This document shows, piece after piece, positions 11,552 to 22,800 of a stretch of 64,000 nt of DNA (the stretch's first letter is position 1; each line of letters begins with the position of its first letter). Where the stretch lies: contig CM120644.1 in NCBI GenBank assembly GCA_051362555.1, positions 16,514,534 to 16,578,533 on the forward strand, written 5' to 3'. The notes under the pieces are model-generated. The model saw only the letters and a list, made by a program, of their open reading frames with translations, was not told the origin of the DNA and did no database searches. A program made the position numbers and the translations under genes. The stretch is from Lingula anatina. Its lineage: Eukaryota; Animalia; Brachiopoda.

Positions 11552-14500
11552 AAATCACATATTATATCTGACAGCTTGTGCAGAAAAAATAAAAAAAGAA
11601 TTGTGATTGTCTGATACATCAAATTGTGAATGATGTATTTACGTTTTGTATCGCATGACGTCTCTATATCATTTTAGCATTTGTGTTCATTTTGTAAATA
11701 CACGGTGTATGTGCACATAGTGCCTATCGCCAGCATAGTAATTGTGGTGCTTATTTCCCTAATTGTAGGAAGTCAGAATGGATCCGTATGTTATATAAGT
11801 TTAAGTGATCTTTTTAATATCGCTTTCATTTCCCCAATTTCGCCAGAGGTATCATTAGCCTTCAGTAATTATTTGGAACATGTGAATCAGACGCTTGATT
11901 AGACCCCATTGTCATCTGGGGGAGTGGGAACCGTATGGACGGGTCTGTGCATATACCAGTCTCCTTTAGTTATGGGTATAATGTTATATATGTTGAATTT
12001 AAACGAACAAGGTTTCTCTGCATAAAGCTATTTTGCTTTACAGATTTGGAAGCGGATAGCATGGATGTTGGTTTATGATTATCATGAGAAAGATGAAAAA
12101 CTATGTAGGTATATATGTATTCCAATATGTTCACTGTACCAGACTGTGTGACGGAGCTCTCTCTGACATCGCATAGTCACTGTTGACCTACTTAAAACCG
12201 CGGGAAAAGCAGACAACAACAACAACACTATATAAGATTCATGAGATATATTCGTCTTTTTGTTAAAAATACATTAATATCCACAATGTGTGCCATTCTG
12301 GGCTTTTCGTTATCCGACACACTGTACAAAAACTCGCAACTTACGTCTGCGTCCGCATTCATGCGTTTGGCGCCATTTGTTATTTTGGTCTCGAATGAAC
12401 GCGAGAATCCGCGTGACACCATTACGTCATTAGCAACGAATGCCTTGATGACCGGGAAGAAAAGCATCGAAAGCCCTATTGACAAGCACAGATTTTAGTT
12501 TTACTACAATAACGGCCGTTTTAGTGGTAAAATACAATAGAATATATTTCCACGCGTTGTTTACAATGTATTTCATGCGGAATTTTGAATCTCAAAGGAA
12601 GAGTTATTATTGCTTTAATTAACCCCGTATGTTCTTTGTGAAAGCTGACGAAAATTTTGTTCTCAAATTTGGCGTTAAAAAAACCCGGTGTAACAAGGTC
12701 TTGAGATAAGGGTGAGTGCATTTTTTTTAATATCACGTTGATCGAATAACTCCGCGGGGACTCTCGCTGACTGCAATCAGATTAAGAGAGCTGCTGTCAT
12801 CGCGAGGAGAAGAGAGGACCACAAACGCACATACTCACAAAAGAGTACAACAACTGACTCATCCCCAGAAATGCACTGCATGACGTCACGCCTAGCCCAC
12901 TGCGCATGCGTGCATTTTTAACGAGTTGCTAGATTGCCATAGGAAAATGAAGGGGTTCGCGATTCGTGGGTAATTCGTGAGAATTGACAAACTAAGGGCC
13001 TGATGCCGATAGACAGCAACGCTGTGCTATGCTTCAAGCAACTCCTGACCAAATATCTCTAGGGTTTTTAAAAAAATGTTCAGTGTTTAAGACACCGGGA
13101 AGCTGGATCACATCTAACGCAATAATCCACCGAGTGAGTATCCCGTATATTCAACGATCTCCAGCTTCAGATGTCGCTTGTTACGAAGTATTAACTGATG
13201 CGTACGACAATTTGTCAACTATCTTAAATTGGGAAATAAGACTAAATGTTTTAAGGCAAAAGCAGTGTTTATCAAAGAAATTTGAAGCTGAATTTTTAAG
13301 CTGAGCGTACGCCCTTGTCTATACAGATAGAGACATCTGTTGATGCTTAAAAAAATTTAATTTCACCAACTGCGATACACCACTACAGGGATATTAAACC
13401 TGAAGGTCGACAACAGAGGGAAATTGCCAGTGGGGCCATATTCCATAATCATAATACTTTATTCTGTACAGTTGTTATTCGAACACCCATAGTTACGTGT
13501 ATAACATTAACGTATTGCTTTATTGCCCACTGGATAAATTACAGCACGATGTTTTGATTTATGTCCCACCCCTTCTGAATATAAGGTGGATGTTTTAACG
13601 GGAGCCGTACGTTATACATGTAGAGCCCTATATATTTTTTTACTCGCCGACCAACTTGCTTCTGCACATAGGGTGGCCGAGTGAAGCTGCTTTTGTAATT
13701 TGGTGCGAGATAGTGTGTAGGTTTCGATGTAAATCTGCAATTTAAGTAGGATTTTATCATGCATACTTGCATGGCCGACGACTAGGGTGTGAACTTAATA
13801 AGCTTATTGTGCAATATAGTGGCAGCGTTTTTTCCTAAGGCTGTTAAACAAAGGCAATCTTTCGACTCTCTTTCGATAAATACCCGAGTAAAACATTCAA
13901 TTTTCTTGCACGTGATTGTTGTATTTTTATGGTTAGTGTTAAAACGGTGATGTTTACGCCCCATGTAAGGGAGATCGTTCGAAAGCCAAATAACAATTTA
14001 AACCCCAAACGCCGGTGTTTAAAGTCATCAGTTAAAGTTAGCAATTACACCCGATACATTTTGGATGCAAAAGAATGATCTCATAACATGACAATTTTCA
14101 TTTCCGTATTATCTAAGTGGATAAGGGGAAAAAATGAACGTATCGATCCAGCCTGGTGTGCATCCTTTTTTCCATAAACCATAGTATGAAAGGGGCCCGA
14201 GTAAAAGAAGTCGGCATATTTTTAGTTATTGAAAGTTAATGTAAATCCGTACGTAGTTGCTGAATTTGAATTATGTAACCAATGATTATTCTCCTGCCAA
14301 CAGACATGACTTTGTGTCCTTCATTTTATTTTTTATTCAGTGTTTTCTATTTTATATACTGTGGAGGTGAAAAAATAAACTAAAACTTTTTTCCAGTTCC
14401 TTGGTTTTGACTATTGTTTATTACGGGATTCTAATAAATACATGTACATGTATATTCATTAAATAAGATCACTTTCGTTTGTTTCAATTAATATATCCAA

Positions 14501-15253
14501 CAGCAATTTATATCCTTGTTTACCATAATGGAATGCATTATGGCTGTTTTCACAGTGTGGAATCACTTAAAATTCCCTCTCATAAAATATATTTAACATT
14601 TTCACATTAAATCAAAAAATGATTCACACTACCAAAAGCACCGCAAAAGCATTTTTTCAAATTTAAAAATCATTAAAAACAAAATTATAAGCAATTGTTT
14701 GTTGCCAAAACTCTAAACTGGAACGGAGAATTAATATGTCACTGAACCATGTCCTTCGTCATTAACCCGGTAGTAATATGTTGCAAAATATGCTGGTATG
14801 ATTATCTGCTGGGCTTTTACTCATTTGACTTTTCCGTACGTATTTATATATATTTATTAATCTGCAATTGATTAAAGCGTAATCACATTTAATTAACAAC
14901 AAAAACAAGGTATTGCGGGTCGATAGAAAGCTCGAAAGGCGTTTGATTGCTATGCTGAATTATCATTTTTTACACAATATATCCAGAAAAAGCACCAGGT
15001 ATAATGTCAATGCAACGTGAACACTGTTGAAAGTGAACACAAACTTTATGTAATAATCCAGTGTTACAAGACAAGTATATTTGCATGTTTTCAGTTTACA
15101 TAAAATGCTCGAAACAATGGTTGAATATATTCATTTTACATGCAAGTACATATTTTAAGTCATTAATTGTGATATTGGCGATTCAGTATGCGCTAAGTCC
15201 TAGTCTTATCAGTAACAATATTAGTGCAGAGAAATTGTACTGTACATGTATAA

Positions 15254-15327
15254 GGGAAATTCCCCTTAATGGTGTTTGTTTTCTTTTATGTCCATGCAAA
15301 TTCAATCCGGGCAGGAAGGGAAATTTT
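15254..15327 (+). promoter_or_regulatory. Candidate NF-kB sites upstream of second coiled-coil copy
   Basis: GGGAAATTCC(CC) at 15254 and GGGAAATTTT at 15318, positionally homologous to 3909/3968. Confidence 0.5.
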
Positions 15328-15408
15328 CAGCGACATACCAATGCAGATAAGACGCCACCTAAATTTCCAGTCGTTATTATACGTGCTTTTTAGATTTGTT
15401 GCAGAGAC

Positions 15409-15708
15409 ATGTCACACAAAAAACCATGCTATTGAGATACAAGAGCGCGATGCAGAAATATCCGAGTTGAAAGGATGATTCAAATTCTGTGGAGAGGGGC
15501 GGCTGCATGCGTGGACTTGGAAAGGCGGCAAGCTATTGAAAATGCTACCCTTCTTGCTGCCAACCAGAATCAAAGTCTGGAACTGAACGACAGGATGACG
15601 AAAATACGCCAACTAGAGGCTGATCTAAAGGAAACCCGCCTCGATGCTGACGAGGTTAAAGGTCAACTGGCGTCACTGAGGTCTGAGGTCACCGCTGCTT
15701 ATGAACGA
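15409..15708 (+). pseudogene. Pseudogene copy of the 4052-4834 coiled-coil gene
   Basis: NHAIEIQERDAEISELKG / MIQILWRGAAAC...VTAAYER aligns to the 260-aa ORF. It has a deletion after the ATG, a 1-nt frameshift near 15474, and is cut at ~15708 by retroelement sequence. Confidence 0.85.
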
Positions 15709-18000
15709 TACTTTGCAACTATTTTTCAACTCTACTCTGTGTTAAACACAAGATGCCTTTTTTCGTATCCCATATCAAACCTAACCAAGTCACATTTTGT
15801 GCTGGTTCCCACTGACATTTGTCTTCAGCTATAATGAACCCAAACGTTCTAAATCCGACTGTATCAAATGACTTAACTGAGTTGCTTTTTCAAAATTCTC
15901 AGGTCCTGCTATACCATCATCAAGACACACAATGACTTTATGTCCTTCTGACCTCCAATGTTTTACAACTTCCCTCACGATTTTGGAGAATATAAAACCT
16001 GTTGAGGCCACTCCAAAAGGTAAAACATTGAAAACATAATAACGATTTTTCCATTCGAAACCCAGAAATTTTACAAAATCTGTAGCAATCATTACATGAT
16101 GATAAGCTGGTTTCAGATCAAAAGTAAATAAATCATCTTTTTGTTCAAATAACCCGTTTGCTATTTCACTATTTTCATATTTGAATTTAAACTTACATAA
16201 ATGCTTGTTAATATGTCTACAATCTAGCGCCAACCTCTTCTTCCCAGTGCCACTTATTGCAACTGTCAATGGATTGACCACCAAAGATTTATAATGCACT
16301 TTTGAAACGCATTTTCTTTTCAATAAATTATCTATTTCATTTGTAACAAACATCTTATTTTCTCTGGCAGAATTATAGTTTTTCAAAAATGCGGCTCCTG
16401 GCTCCGTTTTAAACGGTAGATTATAACCTTTCTGAATGACCCCCCAATATGTATTCACTTGCATTTATTTCTGACCAAACTGTCAAATGACTTCTTAAAC
16501 TACCAACTGGCGTTTTCTCCGAATCTAACTTCAATATATTTTCATCATTAGCATATTTTGTCAAATGACTTCTCAAACTGTCGACTGACGTATTCTCCGA
16601 ATTTAATTTCAAAACATTTTCATCACTGTCATAATTTGATAAGCATTACATTATTATTTTCAAATGAAAATATACTTATCTTATTCTGCGCATTGGCGTT
16701 CTCTGGACACTCTTTCTTCCAGTGCCCTCTTTCTCCACATCCATAACATCTCCCCGGCTTACTATCACTAGGATTGTAAAATTCACTTGAAGTGCTTGGT
16801 TGACTGTCCCTTTGGCTGGTAGAATTATAAGATCGAAAACGTACATTCTCCCTCCTTTTGTTCTTCTCGACTTTGATCTTCCTTTCGCTCTGCTTTGGGC
16901 TTTTATAATTCTTTTCTCATCACCAGAATCTTCTGCGAGAGGATTAGAAACGTATTCGCTGACCGACCACTCGCCAGCCAGCCTCTGTAGAATCGGCTAA
17001 TTTTATGAGCTTTTGTCTATGTTTTACACCCTGAGCTTCAGAGATAACTTGACACTAACCTCTTCACTATAGCCTATCTTCATCGTGTCAAGTTACCTCT
17101 GACCACATTCGATTGCCCCCGCCGCCCGCCAATCAAATTTAAAGCCCGCACTCAATGACTCATTGAACGATCTAGCCAATGAACGCGAACGAGTCAAAGC
17201 GCGCTTTGTTCAAATCCGGACCAATCAAAGATAAGGCTGAATATCAGGGACTTACCGTAACCTGTGGGCAGCACGCAAAATACATCATCCCTCAGTAGAT
17301 AATGATGCAGGGCCTCAAACTGCTCTGGTTTCAATTCCGATATACTCATATTTTGCAAAGAATCAAGAGATAACTTAACACATTATTTTACGTAGTCACT
17401 CGTAGGAGACGCCATGCTTTCTTTGTGTACGGTTATGCACTCGGAACTACTCGGATGTCTCCGCACTCGACAATAACTTTGTTGTTAGTATGGAGCTTGC
17501 GGAATCAGCCGAGGATTGCCGATTAACGATCAACCAACCAGCGTTTTCACCAAACTTTGTTGAAAAATTTTGAAACTTGGATTCGATTAGCTTATATAAA
17601 CTAGGTCAAACTATTTTCGTCAGAGGTAACTTGACACGATGAAGATAGGACGATAGGACGAAGATAGAAGCTCAGGGCGATGTTTTACGGACATCATAAC
17701 TTCAGCCAACTTTTCTCTACAACTATCAACATCACCTCGTGGCAATTTTTCGTTGCTAATGGTGTTGGAAGCTTCACCAATCAACTTAAAAAGACTCCTC
17801 TACCCTCAACAAATGTTTTTCTGCCAACTCATTTTGTGTCATTATTTGTCCCATTTCAGCAGAAATGATATCTTTGATTTCGGACATCATTGCATTCAGA
17901 GACTTTGTTATCGCTTCTTGAACTTCGGTTCTTATCTTTTCTCGAAAGTCGGCGTTCATGATTTTTGGGAAAAGCGGCCCCGCTCTTCCGCAAGCAGGCT
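15709..18000 (-). mobile_element. Degenerate, 3'-truncated DIRS-group (Ngaro-like) retrotransposon: gag + reverse transcriptase
   Basis: RT motifs in 15829-16464 (KKRLALDCRHIN, DLKPAYHHV, VLPFG, IVCLDDG) continue after a frameshift (FIIAEDKCQWEPAQNVTWLGLIWDT) to ~15710. The gag starts ~17960 (MNADFREK...) with HRQKLIKLADSTEAGWRVV...NPLAEDSGDEKRIIKA and CCHC knuckle CYGCGERGHWKKEC (16707-16748). No RNase H or tyrosine recombinase remains. Confidence 0.85.
17027..17679. mobile_element. Non-autonomous DNA element (MITE) inserted in the gag gene; 8-bp TSD; contains an inner 31-bp inverted repeat pair
   Basis: ATGTTTTA flanks both sides (17019-17026, 17680-17687). Termini CACCCTGAGCTTC / GAAGCTCAGGGCG. 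Inner perfect IR CCTATCTTCATCGTGTCAAGTTACCTCTGAC at 17073-17103 and 17619-17649. Confidence 0.85.
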
Positions 18001-19888
18001 AGAAAGTGACCACTATTACTTGTATCCTCCCTTTTATACCAACCACGACAATCTTCATTGGTCGTGCACTGAACTACTACTCAATAACTCTACCTCATTT
18101 CGTCATCCTCTCAAACGTACATCTCCACAAACATCTTCACAAACCGCGAATACAATAATTTTCCGCTATACTAACGAAACGCGGCAAATATTAATTCGTT
18201 TGATGTTTAAAGATGTATTTGAAGTCAATTTTAGAAACATATAGTAAATAGTTATAGTATAACTAAGAGAATTACCAAAATACATTGTTTGATATTACCT
18301 GAAAATGATATTTAAACGGATTTTTCTACTAGCTTTTAATGCTGTATATACATGGGGCAGGAATTTTAAGAAAGGAGCAGTCTAAAGCTGATATATGGCT
18401 GATCGAATGATTTATTCAGTTTATCCCTTGGCATGTGGACTTTATTTGAGTTGTATAGGAAACGAGTAGGAGTGGTTTGTATGTGTTACTGGGAATCCAC
18501 GCTCCATCGATGCTCGGTTCATATGTACTTTTTTAAAGAAATAATCAACTAGAGATACCTATATACATGTATGTTATATTATGTAAAGGCTCATTCTTAA
18601 TGCATCTATTGTTCCACGCAGATCGTTATACCCTCGTGTGGACACTCGCTGAATGCAAACAGATTAACACACCGCTTTTTGTTTCCAAAGTATTCGTTAA
18701 ATCACCAGCTTGTCTGTATTCTACTCACGGCCATGTTACTTAAGGTGTTTATAGGTGAGGGAGATCTATTTGAAGTCGATGTAACAATTTTCACTACGAA
18801 AAAGCTGCTGTTATGTCATCCACTCGAGTTAAGAAATGAGCCTGATGCCTTTTTGGTGCAACAACAAGACGATTAATCTAAATGTTTCTTTCCGCATTAT
18901 ATGTTCTGATGCGGAAAAATCCTAACGCATCTGCTCCCCGTGAGACCTTTTTCATATTATAGCCTGGTGTACATTTCTCTATCCAGAAGCCACATTCGTG
19001 ACAGGGGCTTGTAAAAGTACCGGGTAGTCAGCATCTTTGTGCCATTTTTAATTGTTGAAATCAATGTATACTTTTTGTGCATGAAATCTGTAGTTACTGG
19101 ATCTTCATTATCTACTTAAACATTTACACAATGCTTATTCATCTGCCATAAGACACATACAGGTATATTAAGAGTTTGCGTCCTTCATTTGCATTTTCAT
19201 TCAATATTTTCTAGTTTAAAGTGAACAAATAAAACTAAACAATAAACTGTGCCGCTTTCTTGTTTTTGACTAATGTTTAATAAGGTAACTCTCTCAAATA
19301 TATTAATTGAGCAAGACGAAAAAGTATAACTTCTGTTTGCTGCAATTGAAATGTTCTACATGGATTTGCATCTTATTCAACTATAAAGGAAACCATTACG
19401 AAGGATCTAAATATTATTTAAAAAGAAAAGAGGTCATGTGCACCGTGTACTAGCGTTTCTGTTTACACAGTATAACAGTTTAACTTTCCTCCGATGAAAT
19501 TTACTTAAACATGTAAACGTTGAATCAGTGAAATGATTTACACTGCCAAAATTACTGCCATAGCTAACAATTCTTTTAAAGTCTGAAGTCATTTCAACAC
19601 AAGTATAATCAAGATAAATTAATTCACAAACAGGTAGAAAGAGGCATATCGCAAGGCAAATCCAAATGAATGCTTACTAGTACATGTGCCTCTGTGATTA
19701 TCTTATTACATAATACAGTTTTAATATCTATAAGCGTGCCCTGATAGGTTGAATTTCCACCTATTATGCAGCACAGCTGGTGAGCACAGCTTCATTGTCA
19801 TCGGCACTTCATATATCCCACAATGCAACTGACAAAACCGCCATTCACAGTGAGACCATCCGCGCGCAACAGGTCCTCCTTCATATCA

Positions 19889-22800
19889 CTACGCCAATGG
19901 TGATCTCTCTATGGAATCGCCACCAAGAGAAGCGAAGCTTTCGATATTGCAACCACCTGTGTTGCAGAAGCACCAGGCTTTGACAAATGAGCCGTAGTTA
20001 GCCACTTGCTCTCCCCATATGCATCCTTCCAAGTACTCCATCTTTCGCCCCAATATATCGATATTGGAAAAGAACCCGTCTGCGCATCCTCGGTGGTATT
20101 CTGGAAAGATGGAATTGGAAGTTTAACAGCATGAATAAATTTGAAAATTCTCAAAGACCACTGAAGGGTGTAATAGCTGCAGCAAGACTTCATTATCCCT
20201 GCCAATATTGATTATTGTGAAGCTTTTTCATAGAACAGCTTTTGCAATCTGGGTCTGCCGATGATAAACTTAAAGCAAAGTTTAAAAGAAATATACAATC
20301 GCGCAATACATGTCTTCAACAACACTTATGTGCGAAGACTTTATAATAATTATACCATATACAATATCCTTAATCATAAAGGAAGCATTATTGCCAGTAG
20401 AAATACCTCCGTTAATATCCTGCCTCACGAAACAAGAGTGTGTCTGAGGGCAAGGCACCAGAGCCACAATCTCTGGGTATGGCAGAGCCGTCTCACCAGA
20501 ACAGTTCTTCCATCCACTAGAGCAAGAGAAACAGCGGAACACTAGGGAAGAAAATAAAAAACAATCCATAAACATCGATGAATCCATGTATCTACATGTA
20601 TTGCACAGTGAAATAGCAGTGATTAAATATAGGAAAGTGCATTTGATAAAAAGTGCATTTTTTTGCATAGTAATTAATGAAATATTTATTGACGTCTGCA
20701 CAAAGTATTGCAAAGTATTATATGATGGATTTTGAAAGGCATTTACACTGCTTCCAATTTATAGAGAAGCATTGTGATGGGCCTAAATGCTGTTGTAAAG
20801 AAGGGAAAGAAAAATCACACGATTAAAATAAAATTTCAATTATATCATGCTAACCACAAGACCTTTCGTTGTGTTCTAGTTTTCGATTCTAAGATAAGTA
20901 TCGCAATACTTATGAACATTAATTTAAGGCATTTAAAAGGATCAGTAACACATACATATCGTGCCACTCCCTGTAGAATGTGTGTAGCTTGTTAGACATG
21001 GCAATATATGAGTCGAAATAAATTTGACTTCCGCTGATGTTTCAAAGACTATAAATTTTTAATGATTTTTAATGATTTTCTATGCTAGGACAGAACACTC
21101 AACGAGAGATAACTTGTACGAAAAGACCAATACATACCAGAGGCACTATCTGTATAATTGTACTCTACTTCGTAACCGCCAGATCCCTGTGCTGGAGGGG
21201 CTGAAAGTGATAAGTGAAAAGTGAAAGTGAAAGTGAAAAGTGAAAGTGAAAGTGAAAAGTGAAAGTGAAAGACACTAAAAAACCTAAAAATTCTTTGAGT
21301 AAGGAAGATCAGATACAACAGGGCGCCCCTCTCTGCTTCTCCAAATACGGGTCACCTGACTCTAAGGTAATAATTATATTAAAAAAAACTCGGAAATCTG
21401 TGACAGAAGAAATGCTTTAGTTGTGATTACAAGTTAATTGCGTTCGTCTCGCGCTTGTGTTGCGTTCGATTTTTATCCGGACTCTTTCGCGAGCGATTAG
21501 TTGTTCGTGCAACACGCCTTTGGAAAGACGGTGGTCTCACATACACAAAGGAATGAGACGAATGCTGTGTATTTTCAGAAATCATAATAAACTACATGTA
21601 CAGTTCTTCCGACAGACTATCAATGTTAACTTCATAAATTATAACCACTGTGAGTTTTACAAGGGTACTGCAAAATGCCGTATTCGTTACAATATTTTAC
21701 ATGTAGGTTATTATTTTTCCTCAGTTCATTGAGGCAAAGTCTATAAGGTGTCCCTCGATGTTGTTTCAAGCATTTTCCATTTTAGCGAGTGTAATTTCTG
21801 TTTATAGATTTTTCTTAAAGAAGTATAAATTATTAAACATTGAAGACCGATAACCACACTAAATGTGCCAAATTTTCAAAAGTTAGCGGACTGAAAAGTA
21901 ATTACTGGCACATTGGGACATTTGGAGCTTATAACACTCCCAATATTTCACACTCGCAGAAATAAAATAGAATGCTCATTTCTAAACGTCTCTCCGGGTC
22001 AGACATTATCGTTAGCAAGCTCCTATGATCCTTAAGTGACACATTTTCGTGGATGGAAACTCGTTACTTTTTCAAAACCATCAAGAGCACAGACAACTGA
22101 ACCAGGTAAACACATGTGCAGCATACATACTAGTTCATATATTGAATAACATTCCATAAAACAAAAACTAATCATTGTAAGAGAAAGAGAGAGAGTGAGA
22201 CAGAGGGGGAGAGAGAGAGAAAGGGGGGCTGAGAGAGAGTATGACCACTCAAAATATTCTACGCGGTGTGAAAATCACCCCCCCAAAAAAAGAAGCAGAT
22301 GTTTTCTTTACCGTTAATCAGCTCTCCAACCTCTTCGAAGTTTTCCAACTTTTTCTCCAGTGCCAGCTCAGCCGCAGACTCGCCTTCGCCCCCTTCCTCC
22401 TCGTTTTCATTTTCTTCCTCATTTTCGTTCTCATTCTCTGGTACCTCCGGCACAGCAGGCTCTACCGGAGCAGCTGAAACGGTTCAACATATAATGGATC
22501 ACATCGTGTAGCGGAAACAGTTGACCACACGGAGTTGTCTGTCACGAACTTAAAGGGGGTTTTATTACTTGTAAATAAACGCAATCATGAGCATGGGTCT
22601 AAAATATTTTGCCTACATGTAGATTTATGTACCACGTTTTGGCGGTGCCGGTGCCACTGGAACCGCAGGCTTGGCAGCCTCTGGTCCTAGAGCTACTATA
22701 GAAGAGGGACTAACAAAGATAAAAGAGAGTGAATCGGAAACAATTTATGTTCCTCCTGGTGCTTGAATCATTGACAGTTTCAGTTTATTTTATTAAAGTT

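Noticed and set aside
12140-13030. Sequence present only in the second TLR unit, with short ORFs on both strands
   Set aside because: Probably an insertion, but I could not define termini, a TSD or a product.
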